Counted from the stretch's first letter, positions 1-17,884 are shown. The stretch is 64,000 nucleotides of DNA from Arcobacteraceae bacterium (GCA_965224485.1 CBDCZH010000016.1:96001-160000); one strand, 5' to 3'. The notes: generated from the letters alone by a model not told the origin. Numbers and translations: made by a program.

Positions 1-729
1 AAAGCAAAAAAGCAAGCAGTTGGTTCACTTTTTGGGGATGATGAAGAGTTAATTAGAATGGAAGTTAACTTAGAACCTTTAGAAGAGTATACTGCAAAAG
101 AGATTTTGGAGTTTGAAAAAGCTTCTTTAGGTTTTTATGTTTCAGGTCATCCTTTAGATGAATACAGAGAACAATTATCTCAAATAAATTATACTCTCTC
201 TTCAGAAGTTGATGAAATTGCTGATGGAAGTGAAGCTTTATTTGTAGGAAAAGTTGAAAGCATAAACGAAAGAATTTCTAAAAAAGGTAATAAATTTGCC
301 ATCATAAATATCATGGATTTACATGGGAATATAGAACTTATGATGTTTGAAGATAAATTAATCGAATTAAAAGAAGATTTTGATTTAGAAGAACCTATTG
401 CTTTTAAAGTAAAAGTAACAAAAGATGAAATGTTTACAAGAATAGCTTTAAGAAAAATTGAAACTTTAAAAGAAGCAAAAAAAGAAAAACTTAAAACAAA
501 AGCAAAAGTAAAAATAGAACCCCCTCTAACTATTGCTATTAATTTTTCACAAGATGTACAAATGATGTATAATTTATTTGAGATTATTGCACATAATCAA
601 GGAAGAAGAGAATTAAGAATACTTATAAAATCAAAATTAGGTGATATTGAACTTGAAACTGGATTTAAAGTAAAAACAGAAGTTGAACCCTTAATAAATA
701 GACTTGAAGGAGCTTATATAGTATCATGA
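1..729 (+). CDS. dnaE: DNA polymerase III alpha subunit, C-terminal part (5' end outside window)
   Basis: Frame open from base 1; EKASLGFYVSGHPLDEY motif followed by the OB-fold region of DnaE. Confidence 0.93.
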   Translation, partial: KAKKQAVGSLFGDDEELIRMEVNLEPLEEYTAKEILEFEKASLGFYVSGHPLDEYREQLSQINYTLSSEVDEIADGSEALFVGKVESINERISKKGNKFAIINIMDLHGNIELMMFEDKLIELKEDFDLEEPIAFKVKVTKDEMFTRIALRKIETLKEAKKEKLKTKAKVKIEPPLTIAINFSQDVQMMYNLFEIIAHNQGRRELRILIKSKLGDIELETGFKVKTEVEPLINRLEGAYIVS

Positions 730-1502
730 AACAAATTTTAATAACAAATGATGATGGTTTTGATGCCATTGGATTAAAGGCATTAATACAAGCTCTAAGT
801 GGTCTTGCAAAAATAGTTGTGGTTGCACCTGCAAGAAACAAATCTGCCTGTGGGCATTCTTTGACGTTAGATAGACCTTTAAGAATGGTAAGTGTTGATG
901 ATGATTTTTATAAACTAGATGATGCAACTCCTAGTGATTGTGTTTTTATTTCATTAAATAATTTATTTAAAGATGGGTATAAACCTGATTTAGTGATTTC
1001 TGGTATTAATATTGGCTCAAACTTAGGAGAAGATATTACTTATTCAGGGACTGCAGCCGCCGCAATGGAAGCAGTTTTACAAGGAATTCCAGCTATTGCA
1101 ATTTCTCAAGTTTATAAAAACTTTTCAAAAGATTCAGATTTTGCTCTTGCAAAACAAACTATAAAAGATTTAGCTAAGAAAATTTTAAATAATAGCTTTC
1201 CTTTAGGTGAGAGAAAGTTTTTAAATATAAATATTCCTGATATTTCAATTAAAGAGTGCAAAGGTAGCAAAATCACAAAAGTTGGGTATAGAGAGTATGG
1301 AAACGATACGCATAGACACTTAAATCCAAGGGGAGAAGAATATTATTGGATAGGGTTACATCCTTTAATTTGGAAAAAAAGCGAAGACGGTACTTGTGAT
1401 TTTGAAGCTATTAAAAATAATTATATTTCAATAACGCCATGCCATTTAAACCTAACTTCATATGAAGATATCAATAAACTAAATTCATGGATACAGACTT
1501 AA
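726..1502 (+). CDS. surE: 5'/3'-nucleotidase SurE
   Basis: ILITNDDG, SGINIGSN and YSGT motifs. Confidence 0.96.
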   Translation: MKQILITNDDGFDAIGLKALIQALSGLAKIVVVAPARNKSACGHSLTLDRPLRMVSVDDDFYKLDDATPSDCVFISLNNLFKDGYKPDLVISGINIGSNLGEDITYSGTAAAAMEAVLQGIPAIAISQVYKNFSKDSDFALAKQTIKDLAKKILNNSFPLGERKFLNINIPDISIKECKGSKITKVGYREYGNDTHRHLNPRGEEYYWIGLHPLIWKKSEDGTCDFEAIKNNYISITPCHLNLTSYEDINKLNSWIQT

Positions 1503-1610
1503 GGAGTAATTAGTTACTCTCTTTATGATTTATTTCTTTATATGGAAAAGAATTCCAAAAGAAATTATAATAGTAAGTTCCCTTATAGTAGGGAAAAACA
1601 AAGGAAAACA

Positions 1611-1877
1611 ATGACATTTACCGACTCAATTTTATTAAATATTGATAAACTAGTAGGATCACTTAAAAGTGAAGAACAATTAAGAGAAGTTTTAAAAAGA
1701 AAATTTACAAAAAAAGAGTTTAAAGTATTTATAGCAATTGCGAACAAAGAAGAAATTAAAGATATAGCAAAAGAAATTCATGTTGATGAGAAAAGAGTAG
1801 AAGAACTACATAAAACTGCTTGTAAAAAATTAAATCAAGAAATATTTAAAAACGAAATCGTTAATACAAAGAGTTAA
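1611..1877 (+). CDS. small hypothetical protein, sigma-70 region-4/HTH-like
   Basis: ATG at 1611 after AAGGA; EIAKEI..RVEELHKTACKKL helix pattern. Confidence 0.6.
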   Translation: MTFTDSILLNIDKLVGSLKSEEQLREVLKRKFTKKEFKVFIAIANKEEIKDIAKEIHVDEKRVEELHKTACKKLNQEIFKNEIVNTKS

Positions 1878-1910
1878 ACCTAAAGGTTTATCTCTTTTAC
1901 TTAAGATTAA

Positions 1911-3230
1911 CTAAGAGAGATCTTTTTTGTTTACAAATTTGATTAATACCATACCAGCAAACTTATCTTTTTTATAAAACTCAACCCTATAAATCTTAGC
2001 ACTTTTATCAATTGAGAATCTTTTAGATATTTGATACTTTTTTATTTTTATTCCAGCTTCACTTCTTTTATTTTTAGAAGAATAACCAATAACATTAACT
2101 CTATATTTTACATCTTTTAAAATTGAGAATTCTTTATTTACTTTTACTAATTCCCCAAATTGAATTTCTTTTATTTTACCATCAACTTTAAAAGAGATTT
2201 TCTCTTTTTTATTCAAAATATCTATATAATCTGGCATTAAAATTGCTAGTCTTCTATTTCCATAATGAATTGTATAAAACTTTTTACTTTTAACAATTGT
2301 CATTAAAGGATTTGAAGCTTTAAACTCTATTTCTCCATTTTTAGAAACAGGAAAATAGTTTAAATATTTTCGTACCTGAGATAGAGGTAATTTAATTTGC
2401 TCACCATAGAAACTAATATAAATATCATCATCAATCACTTTCTTTAACGCTTTTGGGTTTAAGTCAAATTTCCTTTTAAACTCTATTCCCATAATACTCA
2501 TATATTTTTCTAAGGCTAGAAGATGATAATACGTTCTTTTATGAACTGGTAAAGATTTACTAGCTTCATTTCCAAAAGCAGCTTTTTTATTATTAATAGC
2601 ATAATAAGTTAATGTTTTTTCCATTTCCTTATCACCAGCTCTAGTTTTAGTATTATGAACGTGATAAATATCTTTAGCTCTTAAAAGATTTTTATTTACA
2701 TGTTCACAAACTTGTTTAGATATTTCTTCTAAGTTCCCATAATATTTTATATCTAACTTAGCCTGATCAATTATTGAACTTTGTCCCCATTTATAAGGAG
2801 AATGATCTTTATCTATAAACTTTTTTCTATAAAAACCACTTCCATCGTGTAAGTTTAAAACAACTTTGACTAAGGGGTCTTTTATATGATCTTTTATTCT
2901 TTTAACAGAAACATAATCAGGGTCTTTTTTTGAAATATTGGCAAACTTTCTATTCATATCACCATAGGGACCACGTGAACGTTTAATTATTGAGTAAAAG
3001 TTAAGATTTGGAACTACCCAAACAGAACCTTTTGTAATCTCATAATGAGTTGCTATTAAAGAAGCAGCCATAAAACCACCTGGTTCATCACCTTGTATTC
3101 CACCTATTATTAAAAGTGTATTATCATTTTGTACACCTTTTTTAATTATTTCAAAATCATAGTTTTTTACTGATGCATTAAGATTTAATGCAAGTGCAAA
3201 AATACTTAAAAATTTAAATAATCTTAACAT
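1911..3230 (-). CDS. M99 family peptidoglycan carboxypeptidase (Csd4/Pgp1-like)
   Basis: Signal peptide; GGIQGDEPGG, DMNRKF and LNLHDG zinc-site motifs. Confidence 0.85.
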   Translation of the reverse strand: MLRLFKFLSIFALALNLNASVKNYDFEIIKKGVQNDNTLLIIGGIQGDEPGGFMAASLIATHYEITKGSVWVVPNLNFYSIIKRSRGPYGDMNRKFANISKKDPDYVSVKRIKDHIKDPLVKVVLNLHDGSGFYRKKFIDKDHSPYKWGQSSIIDQAKLDIKYYGNLEEISKQVCEHVNKNLLRAKDIYHVHNTKTRAGDKEMEKTLTYYAINNKKAAFGNEASKSLPVHKRTYYHLLALEKYMSIMGIEFKRKFDLNPKALKKVIDDDIYISFYGEQIKLPLSQVRKYLNYFPVSKNGEIEFKASNPLMTIVKSKKFYTIHYGNRRLAILMPDYIDILNKKEKISFKVDGKIKEIQFGELVKVNKEFSILKDVKYRVNVIGYSSKNKRSEAGIKIKKYQISKRFSIDKSAKIYRVEFYKKDKFAGMVLIKFVNKKDLS

Positions 3231-4023
3231 GCCAAGGCTCATATCTTACTCCGTCTTTATTATTTATTGTATATCTCATATCTATATATTTTAGTTTCTG
3301 CATTGCTTTAAACTCTTTTGTTAAAGCAAACCTAGCTGTAAAATTTGATAAACCTAAACCTTTTTTACCAACATCAAAATCACCAACAGTATGATAGGTA
3401 AAAGCAGGAGGGGCTATACTTTTTGAAGCAAGAGAAAGGTTATATTTACTTAAGTGAATTTTATCTAAAAAAAGTTTCATTTGTTTTACTATTGATCTAA
3501 CTCCAGAAGTTAAAATAATATTTTCACCTAAATCTTTTACCATGTGTTCATACGTAGCAATTGATTTTTCTTTAAACAAATAATGACCAGTATAGGGAAT
3601 TTTTTTTACATCTTTTTTATTTATTTTAAGTGTTAAATTATTACTTGTTCTTTCACCATAAAAACCATGAACTTCTGGTTTGTAATAAAAAATATATTCA
3701 ATAAATGCAAGTTCATTTTTGGTAAAATCTTTCATTCCTCTAGCTCTTTTTAAAATATATCTTGTAGCATCAAAACTAATAATATTAAAGTTCCCATAAC
3801 CTATGTATTTTTGAACTTGGCTTAGTTTAGCTCTAACACTTTGTATATTTACAATATCTTTATCTTGCAAATATACATTATTATCAAATAAAGAAGTACT
3901 AGGTAGGTTAAAAAAAGTATTATTAAAAAAATCTATATTTTTTGCATTACTTAAGGTTGTAAGGCCAAGAGGTAGTAAATATGTACTTTGTTTTATTTTA
4001 TTAAAAAAATCTCTTCTGTTCAT
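3214..4023 (-). CDS. M15 family D-Ala-D-Ala carboxypeptidase-like protein with twin-arginine leader
   Basis: MNRRDFF leader; SGVRS, H...D and EPWH motifs of VanY-type peptidases. Confidence 0.8.
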   Translation of the reverse strand: MNRRDFFNKIKQSTYLLPLGLTTLSNAKNIDFFNNTFFNLPSTSLFDNNVYLQDKDIVNIQSVRAKLSQVQKYIGYGNFNIISFDATRYILKRARGMKDFTKNELAFIEYIFYYKPEVHGFYGERTSNNLTLKINKKDVKKIPYTGHYLFKEKSIATYEHMVKDLGENIILTSGVRSIVKQMKLFLDKIHLSKYNLSLASKSIAPPAFTYHTVGDFDVGKKGLGLSNFTARFALTKEFKAMQKLKYIDMRYTINNKDGVRYEPWHVKII

Positions 4024-4049
4024 AGTCAAGGATTTTACTACAAAAAATC

Positions 4050-4313
4050 TTATAGAACCATTTTTATATCTATATGTTTACCTAAAAGATCATATAATGT
4101 TTTTCTATCATCATCATGATGAACTATCAAATCCAAATTGTAACTTTTAAATTTACCTTTTGAACTAACTTTTGATTCTTTTATCATGAATTCTCTCTCT
4201 CCTAAAATAGAAGAGATAATTTTTTTCATATTTTTCTTATCTAGTATTACTATTTTGTAAACCCACGAACAAGGATAAGAAAGTTTTAATTTTTCTTTAT
4301 TTAAATCAATCAT
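4050..4313 (-). CDS. DUF493/YbeD family protein
   Basis: LSYPCSW..YKI and SSKGKFKSY motifs; ATG at 4313. Confidence 0.85.
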   Translation of the reverse strand: MIDLNKEKLKLSYPCSWVYKIVILDKKNMKKIISSILGEREFMIKESKVSSKGKFKSYNLDLIVHHDDDRKTLYDLLGKHIDIKMVL

Positions 4314-4314
4314 T

Positions 4315-4797
4315 TTATTTAATCCTTTCTCTTGTAAAATCTCCACTTTTACCACCTGATTTTTTTTCAAGTTGTACATTTGATATTACCATGGATTTAT
4401 CAATTGCTTTAACCATATCATAAATAGTTAATAAACCAATAGAAGTACCCATTAAAGCCTCCATCTCTACACCTGTTTGTCCATTTAACTTAGCAGTTAC
4501 TATAAGTTTAAAACCTGGCAAAGAAGGTAATTCTTCAACATCACAGTTGATTCCTGATAATAACAAAGGATGGCACATAGGAATAAGCTCAGAAGTTTTT
4601 TTAACTCCCATAATTGCAGCAATTACAGCTGTTTGTAACACTGGGCCTTTTTTTGTTTTATTTGCAACTATTGCATCAAAAGCTTCACTACTCATAGAAA
4701 TCATACCAGAAGCAATTGCAACTCTTGTCGTATCTTCTTTTTGGCTTACATCAACCATTTTAGGTCTATCATTTTCATCTAAATGTGTTAAATTCAC
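4315..4797 (-). CDS. moaC: cyclic pyranopterin monophosphate synthase
   Basis: [34 protein letters not shown]. Confidence 0.97.
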   Translation of the reverse strand: MNLTHLDENDRPKMVDVSQKEDTTRVAIASGMISMSSEAFDAIVANKTKKGPVLQTAVIAAIMGVKKTSELIPMCHPLLLSGINCDVEELPSLPGFKLIVTAKLNGQTGVEMEALMGTSIGLLTIYDMVKAIDKSMVISNVQLEKKSGGKSGDFTRERIK

Positions 4798-4905
4798 TGT
4801 ATCACCTTATTTGTTTTCTTAATTCTTATTATATCATCTTGTGATTAAATTGGAATTAAGAAAACTTTAAATATAATAGCTGTTCAAAATTTAAAAAGAA
4901 AGTGG

Positions 4906-5127
4906 GTGATTTTAGTGCCAGGCATTAAAGTTAAAGAGAGCGAATCGTTCGACGAAGCTTACAGAAGATTTAAAAAGCAATGTGACAGAAACTTAATTGT
5001 AACTGAAACAAGAGCTAGACGATTTTTTGAACCTATGACAGAAAAGAGAAAAAAGCAGAAAATAAATGCTAAGAAAAAAGCTCTTAAGAAGTTATATATG
5101 CTTAGACGTTACGAAGCTAGACTATAA
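4906..5127 (+). CDS. rpsU: 30S ribosomal protein S21 (true start probably GTG at 4915)
   Basis: [21 protein letters not shown]. Confidence 0.96.
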   Translation: MILVPGIKVKESESFDEAYRRFKKQCDRNLIVTETRARRFFEPMTEKRKKQKINAKKKALKKLYMLRRYEARL

Positions 5128-5146
5128 TTCGTATACTCTTCCAATT

Positions 5147-5181
5147 AAAAACCTAGATGTTTTCATCTAGGTTTTTTTTTA
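5147..5181 (+). terminator. intrinsic terminator after rpsU (probably bidirectional)
   Basis: AAAAACCTAGATG-TTTT-CATCTAGGTTTTTTTTTT. Confidence 0.85.
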
Positions 5182-5249
5182 GTTCTTTTTTATTTTAAAT
5201 TTTAATAAATAAGAGATACTTTTCTAATATGAATCTATAAATCTAGATT

Positions 5250-6041
5250 TTATGTTCTCCACTTTAATAGTTTTCTCTCAATAATGGCAATCAAATAACT
5301 AATTATTACGCCCATAGCGGATAAAATTGTGACACCTACAAATAATCGCTCTAAATCATATAAAGAACCAGCTTCTAAAACATAAGCACCAATACCATAT
5401 GTTGCTCCTAACATTTCAGCAGCAACTAATAAAATAATACCAATAGCAAGTGAAATCCTTATTCCTGATATTATTCCAGGCAAAGCACCTGGTAGTACAA
5501 TTTTTCGCACTATTGAAAACCAAGTTAAACCAAAACTTTGCCCCATTCTAATTAAATTCCTGTCAACATTATCAACAGCTGCATATGTAGCAATAACTGT
5601 TGGAGTAAATGTTCCAAATGCAATTAAAGCATATTTTGAGCCCTCATCAATTCCAAACCATATTACAAAAAGTGGTAATAATGCAATTTTAGGGATAGGA
5701 AATAAAGCAGAAACAATAGGCAATAAACCTGCTCTTAAAATATTAAATAAAGCAATTAAAACACCAACTATTATTCCTAAAGAAATACCTAAAATTGAAC
5801 CCACCGTTAATCTAGTAAAAGAAGGTATTAAGTGTTCAAATAATAAACCAGAATCATATAATTCTATAAAAGCCTCATAAACTCCAGAAGGGCTAGGAAG
5901 GGTTAAATTAGATATAAAATTACTTCTTGTAGCTAGCTCTAAAAATATAATAATTAGGATAAATACTAAAGGCCCTATAAAAGGAACTGATTTATAAGTA
6001 AATCCTTTTCCTCTAAAAAGTATCTCTTTTTTTTCAGACAT
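5250..6041 (-). CDS. NitT/TauT family ABC transporter permease
   Basis: PIPKIALLPLFVIWFG, EAA-like loop, LVAAEM. Confidence 0.9.
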   Translation of the reverse strand: MSEKKEILFRGKGFTYKSVPFIGPLVFILIIIFLELATRSNFISNLTLPSPSGVYEAFIELYDSGLLFEHLIPSFTRLTVGSILGISLGIIVGVLIALFNILRAGLLPIVSALFPIPKIALLPLFVIWFGIDEGSKYALIAFGTFTPTVIATYAAVDNVDRNLIRMGQSFGLTWFSIVRKIVLPGALPGIISGIRISLAIGIILLVAAEMLGATYGIGAYVLEAGSLYDLERLFVGVTILSAMGVIISYLIAIIERKLLKWRT

Positions 6042-6801
6042 TTAAGATTTCCTTATCAGCATTTAGTGCTTCATCTTTCATAAGCATCCATAAATATTCT
6101 TGTTTCTGCTCTATTTCTAAGATATGATTTTTTCTCTCATTTAATGGTATATTTATTTCCACTATTTCTTGTATTCTTCCAGGTCTGCTAGCTAATACAA
6201 CAATTTTATGCCCTAGTCTAACTGCCTCACTTAAATTATGAGTTACATAAATAGCTGTAAATTTTTCTTTTTCCCATAAAGATAATAAATCGTCCATTAA
6301 CAGCTCTCTTGTTTGACTATCAAGAGCAGATAAAGGCTCATCCATTAACATAACAGCAGGTTTTACACTAAGAGCTCTAGCAATTGCAACTCTTTGTTTC
6401 ATTCCTCCGCTTAATTGCTTAGGTAAGGCATTTTTAAAATCACTTAATTTAGTTCGTTTTAAAACATTATTTATTATTTCATCTCTTTTACTTTTTTTTA
6501 TATTATGATCTTCTAAAACTAAAGAAATATTATCATAAACATTTTTCCAAGGTAAAAGTGCAAAATCTTGAAAAATATAAGTTAAAGGATTTAAACAATT
6601 TTTAGGAATAGAACCAACTTGAAAGATTTTACCTTCACTTGCTTTTTCTAAACCTCCAATCAATCGTAATAATGTCGATTTACCACAGCCAGATGGACCA
6701 ACAATACAAACTATTTCAGAACTTTTAATTTCTAAATTAATATCTTTAAGAACATTTAATTCACCATAAGAGTGAGAAACATTTTCAATATGTATTTCCA
6801 T
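6034..6801 (-). CDS. NitT/TauT family ABC transporter ATP-binding protein
   Basis: GPSGCGKST, LSGGMKQR, LMDEP. Confidence 0.93.
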   Translation of the reverse strand: MEIHIENVSHSYGELNVLKDINLEIKSSEIVCIVGPSGCGKSTLLRLIGGLEKASEGKIFQVGSIPKNCLNPLTYIFQDFALLPWKNVYDNISLVLEDHNIKKSKRDEIINNVLKRTKLSDFKNALPKQLSGGMKQRVAIARALSVKPAVMLMDEPLSALDSQTRELLMDDLLSLWEKEKFTAIYVTHNLSEAVRLGHKIVVLASRPGRIQEIVEINIPLNERKNHILEIEQKQEYLWMLMKDEALNADKEILNV

Positions 6802-6816
6802 TATTTAAACTTACTC

Positions 6817-7821
6817 TTAATATGTTTGAACATAACTTTTATCAACAATCATATCTATTGTTATATTCTTTTTAACAAGTTTTGTATCTTGTAGCCATTT
6901 TAACTGATCTTTTATACTAGTAAGATCTAATTTAGCACCTTCATTAATTCTCATAGATCCATTAATAATTGAAACAGAAGCTTTTTTATAAGCTTTACTT
7001 GCATATACATATTTGTGAATTAACTTAACCATACTATTAAGACCCTCTTCTCCTAATGTTTTATCAATTAAAGCAGCATTATAATCAGCTATACCTTTTT
7101 TAAATGCACGTAAAAAAGAGTTAACTAAGTCTCTTTTATTTTTAGCATTAAAACTAGATGTAAATACTGTTGTTACTTGATAATTAGGAATATAATCAGA
7201 AACTCTTCCAATTATTGAAATATTTGGACTTTTATCTAATGATTTAGCAATATGAGGAACAATAGACCAAGCATCAATTTGCTGTGTTTTTAAAGCCCCT
7301 ATAATTGTTCCTACTCTTTGTAAAGCTTTTATTTTTATATCAGAAGAAGCAAAACCTTCTTTTTGTGCAATTTTATAAGCAACATATTGAAAAGAAGAAC
7401 CACTTTGTGTGATTGCAAAAGTTTTACCTTTTAAATCTTTAGGTGTCTTAAGTCCTGCATCAATTGCTTTTTTAGAAGCAAGAATCATATTTCCATCAAT
7501 TCCTTCTTCCTCATGTAAAGCTCCAGCAATAACTTTAATTGCGCCTTTTCCAGCTAAATTAACTAATCCACCAGATAAGGCAGTAATCCCAAAATCAACA
7601 TCTCCAGAAGCAATTGCAATTGCCATAGGTTGAGCTGATTTAAAAAACTTAAATTCAACTTCTAAACCATTATCTTTAAAATACCCTCGTTCATAAGCTA
7701 CAAAACTTGGAGCATGAGAGGTAAATCGTAAAGCTCCAATAGTAATTTTTTCTGCTTTTATTTCACTTACAAATAAAAGTGAAAATAAGAATATTAAGAT
7801 AATTTTTTTTGTTTTTAACAT
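6817..7821 (-). CDS. NitT/TauT (SsuA/THI5-like) ABC substrate-binding protein
   Basis: Signal peptide, GYFKDNGLEVE motif; ATG at 7821 after AGGAG. Confidence 0.88.
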   Translation of the reverse strand: MLKTKKIILIFLFSLLFVSEIKAEKITIGALRFTSHAPSFVAYERGYFKDNGLEVEFKFFKSAQPMAIAIASGDVDFGITALSGGLVNLAGKGAIKVIAGALHEEEGIDGNMILASKKAIDAGLKTPKDLKGKTFAITQSGSSFQYVAYKIAQKEGFASSDIKIKALQRVGTIIGALKTQQIDAWSIVPHIAKSLDKSPNISIIGRVSDYIPNYQVTTVFTSSFNAKNKRDLVNSFLRAFKKGIADYNAALIDKTLGEEGLNSMVKLIHKYVYASKAYKKASVSIINGSMRINEGAKLDLTSIKDQLKWLQDTKLVKKNITIDMIVDKSYVQTY

Positions 7822-7915
7822 AGTTTCTCCTAAAATATTAATTAAATACTTTAGCAAAATATTTATTCATTAATAATAAAATTTTCTTTTATAAGCTTTT
7901 TATTGCAAAGAAGAA

Positions 7916-7947
7916 TTAATAGTTAATAGTTAATAGTTAATAGTTAA
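7916..7947. repeat. 7-bp tandem repeat (TTAATAG) x4.6
   Basis: Read directly. Confidence 0.85.
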
Positions 7948-7987
7948 GGGTAGATCACTTATCTTTAATTAAAATTAATTATAAGGC

Positions 7988-8037
7988 AAAAAAAAAGCTC
8001 ATATAAAAGACAACAAAGTTGAATTTCATATGAGCTT
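7988..8037 (-). terminator. terminator of rRNA operon 1
   Basis: AAGCTCATAT...ATATGAGCTT stem followed by a U-run on the minus strand. Confidence 0.7.
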
Positions 8038-8050
8038 AAAAATACTTAAA

Positions 8051-8166
8051 TCTGGCAACGACCTACGTTTCGCACAAGGGGACCCTGCAGTATTATCAGC
8101 GATGAAGAGCTTGACTACCAGGTTCGAAATGGAGCTGGGTATTTCCTCTTCTCTATAATCACCAGA
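8051..8166 (-). rRNA. rrf: 5S rRNA (operon 1)
   Basis: Typical 5S sequence distal to the 23S; ends approximate. Confidence 0.93.
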
Positions 8167-8362
8167 AAAAAGTAATAAATGAACGGAAACGCAGAACTAA
8201 AGTTCTGTTCATAATAAAAATCATACTTTAGTATAATTTATTATTAATTCACTTATTACTTTCTTCTTAAAAGAATAAAGTAAAAATTGTTAAAGTCTTG
8301 TTTTGAACACTTAAATTATTAAGCATACACTTAATAAGATAGTAGCCATTGAAATAATAAAA

Positions 8363-11262
<2,900 letters not shown>

Positions 11263-11635
11263 AATAATAAATAGAGTTAAACTCTATCGCTTTTTGATAA
11301 TTATTCTTTGGCTACTATCTTATTAAATGTACAAGTACATTAATAATATAGTATTGTGTTCTATCTATTTCTAGATAATTTAAATTTTGTTATTAAACTA
11401 CTTTCATACGAAAATAATTTAACGAAAAAATTAAAGACTTTAACAATAAATTTTTAAATAACATGTAACCTAAGTTACGTTTTGATCCGAAAATCAAATA
11501 TAAATTCTACATGTAGAACTTATATTTAATTTACGATTCTTTTAATTAAGGCTTATAATCTTTATAAACCGAACATAATACTCTGTAATATTTTAGTTAC
11601 TAGCATAAGAAACGAATCTTATGCTACTTACTCTG

Positions 11636-13152
<1,517 letters not shown>

Positions 13153-13447
13153 ATGGTAGTTTGAAACTGACAATATTTATAATTGTTACATTACAAAATC
13201 ATCACTCAAAATAGTTTTTACTACAAGTAGTAAAAGCTTAATAGACAAAGATATGTTTTACCATATTCTTGTTTTCTAATATTATCAATATGTTTGTTTA
13301 ACCTATGTCATATTACATAGTTAAACAGAGTATCATATTCGGTTTATAAAGATTACTCTTTTTAAACCTTAAGTTGTTAAAGAACATCCAGACTCTCATG
13401 TTACCACCGCTCTTTCGTTTGGTGTGTATCACTTAAATTGGACGGGA

Positions 13448-13476
13448 ATTATAGACAATTTATTCTCTTTTGTCAA
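13448..13476 (-). promoter_or_regulatory. sigma70 promoter of rRNA operon 1
   Basis: TTGACA-N17-TATAAT on the minus strand. Confidence 0.85.
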
Positions 13477-13689
13477 GGGTTTACTCTTCGATTTGGCTTA
13501 AATTTGTAAAGTTTTGTTTTTAACAACTGATTAATAACTAAATACGTAATATAAAAGATCATTTGAGAACTTTTTCTAATTTAAATTAGAAAAAAGTTAT
13601 TTATTTAAGAAAAATAAGTTTTTTGTTAACTTATTTTTTAGGTAAATATATTCTTTATGGGATATATTTCTTTTTCAACTAGAATTATT

Positions 13690-13869
13690 TTACATTTTGT
13701 CTTTTTTCATCATTTCTTCATGCATTTCTTTCTTTTCCATATTACCATGCATCTCTTTTTTCATCATTTTTTCAGATATCTCTTTCTTTTCCATATTTGA
13801 ATTATTACTAGTACATCCAATAAAGATAAATGTACCTAATAAACTTAACACTAAAATAAACTTTTTCAT
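13690..13869 (-). CDS. 59-aa Met/Lys/Glu-rich lipoprotein (not in ORF track)
   Basis: MKKFILVLSLLGTFIFIGC lipobox, AAGGA RBS, internal repeat NMEKKE..E.MMKK. Confidence 0.8.
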   Translation of the reverse strand: MKKFILVLSLLGTFIFIGCTSNNSNMEKKEISEKMMKKEMHGNMEKKEMHEEMMKKDKM

Positions 13870-13931
13870 TTTAAATCCTTTAATTTGATAGAAGTATTTT
13901 ATGATTTTAATGTGTAGTTATTGTTAGGTAA

Positions 13932-14050
13932 TTTAGGTTTTTAGGTTTTTAGGTTTTTAGGTTTTTAGGTTTTTAGGTTTTTAGGTTTTTAGGTTTTTAG
14001 GTTTTTAGGTTTTTAGGTTTTTAGGTTTTTAGGTTTTTAGGTTTTTAGGT
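13932..14050. repeat. 8-bp tandem repeat (TTTTTAGG) x~15
   Basis: AGG recurs every 8 nt from 13935 to 14047. Confidence 0.97.
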
Positions 14051-14112
14051 AAGGATTGCGAGTTTATCTTTAGTTAAACTTAAATGTAAGAATATTTCAA
14101 TAAAAATTGGGC

Positions 14113-14161
14113 TAAAAAAAAGCTCTTACTTTAAACCAAGAAATGGTTAAAAGTAAAAGCT
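14113..14161 (-). terminator. terminator of rRNA operon 2
   Basis: AGCTTTTACTTT...AAAGTAAGAGCT stem plus U-run on the minus strand. Confidence 0.65.
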
Positions 14162-14177
14162 ATAAAAAATACTTAAA

Positions 14178-14293
14178 TCTGGCAACGACCTACGTTTCGC
14201 ACAAGGGGACCCTGCAGTATTATCAGCGATGAAGAGCTTGACTACCAGGTTCGAAATGGAGCTGGGTATTTCCTCTTCTCTATAATCACCAGA
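14178..14293 (-). rRNA. rrf: 5S rRNA (operon 2)
   Basis: Copy of 8051..8166. Confidence 0.93.
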
Positions 14294-14489
14294 AAAAAGT
14301 AATAAATGAACGGAAACGCAGAACTAAAGTTCTGTTCATAATAAAAATCATACTTTAGTATAATTTATTATTAATTCACTTATTACTTTCTTCTTAAAAG
14401 AATAAAGTAAAAATTGTTAAAGTCTTGTTTTGAACACTTAAATTATTAAGCATACACTTAATAAGATAGTAGCCATTGAAATAATAAAA

Positions 14490-17389
<2,900 letters not shown>

Positions 17390-17698
17390 AATAATAAATA
17401 GAGTTAAACTCTATCGCTTTTTGATAATTATTCTTTGGCTACTATCTTATTAAATGTACAAGTACATTAATAATATAGTATTGTGTTCTATCTATTTCTA
17501 GATAATTTAAATTTTGTTATTAAACTACTTTCATACGAAAATAATTTAACGAAAAAATTAAAGACTTTAACAATAAATTTTTAAATAACATGTAACCTAA
17601 GTTACGTTTTGATCCGAAAATCAAATATAAATTCTACATGTAGAACTTATATCTGACTTTACAACTCTGTTTTTTTAAGGTTCTATGATTTTGGTATA

Positions 17699-17774
17699 TG
17701 GTGGAGAATAGCGGGATCGAACCGCTGACCTCCTGCGTGCAAGGCAGGCGCTCTCCCAGCTGAGCTAATTCCCC
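17699..17774 (-). tRNA. tRNA-Ala(TGC)
   Basis: GGGGAATTAGCTCAGCTGGGAGAGCGCCTGCCTTGCACGCAGG...CCA, 76 nt. Confidence 0.97.
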
Positions 17775-17807
17775 TGGGTGAACAATTTTCATTGTTCTAG
17801 ATTATGA

Positions 17808-17884
17808 TGGTGGGCCCACCAGGACTTGAACCTGGGACCTCACGATTATCAGTCGAGCGCTCTAGCCAGCTGAGCTATGGGCCC
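17808..17884 (-). tRNA. tRNA-Ile(GAT)
   Basis: GGGCCCATAGCTCAGCTGG...CTGATAA...CCA, 77 nt. Confidence 0.97.

Noticed and set aside
13697..13888. 63-aa plus-strand hydrophobic ORF
   Set aside because: Antisense to the lipoprotein gene, which has the RBS and lipobox
13932..14050. CRISPR array or telomere-like tract
   Set aside because: No spacers and no cas genes; a plain 8-bp microsatellite inside a bacterial chromosome
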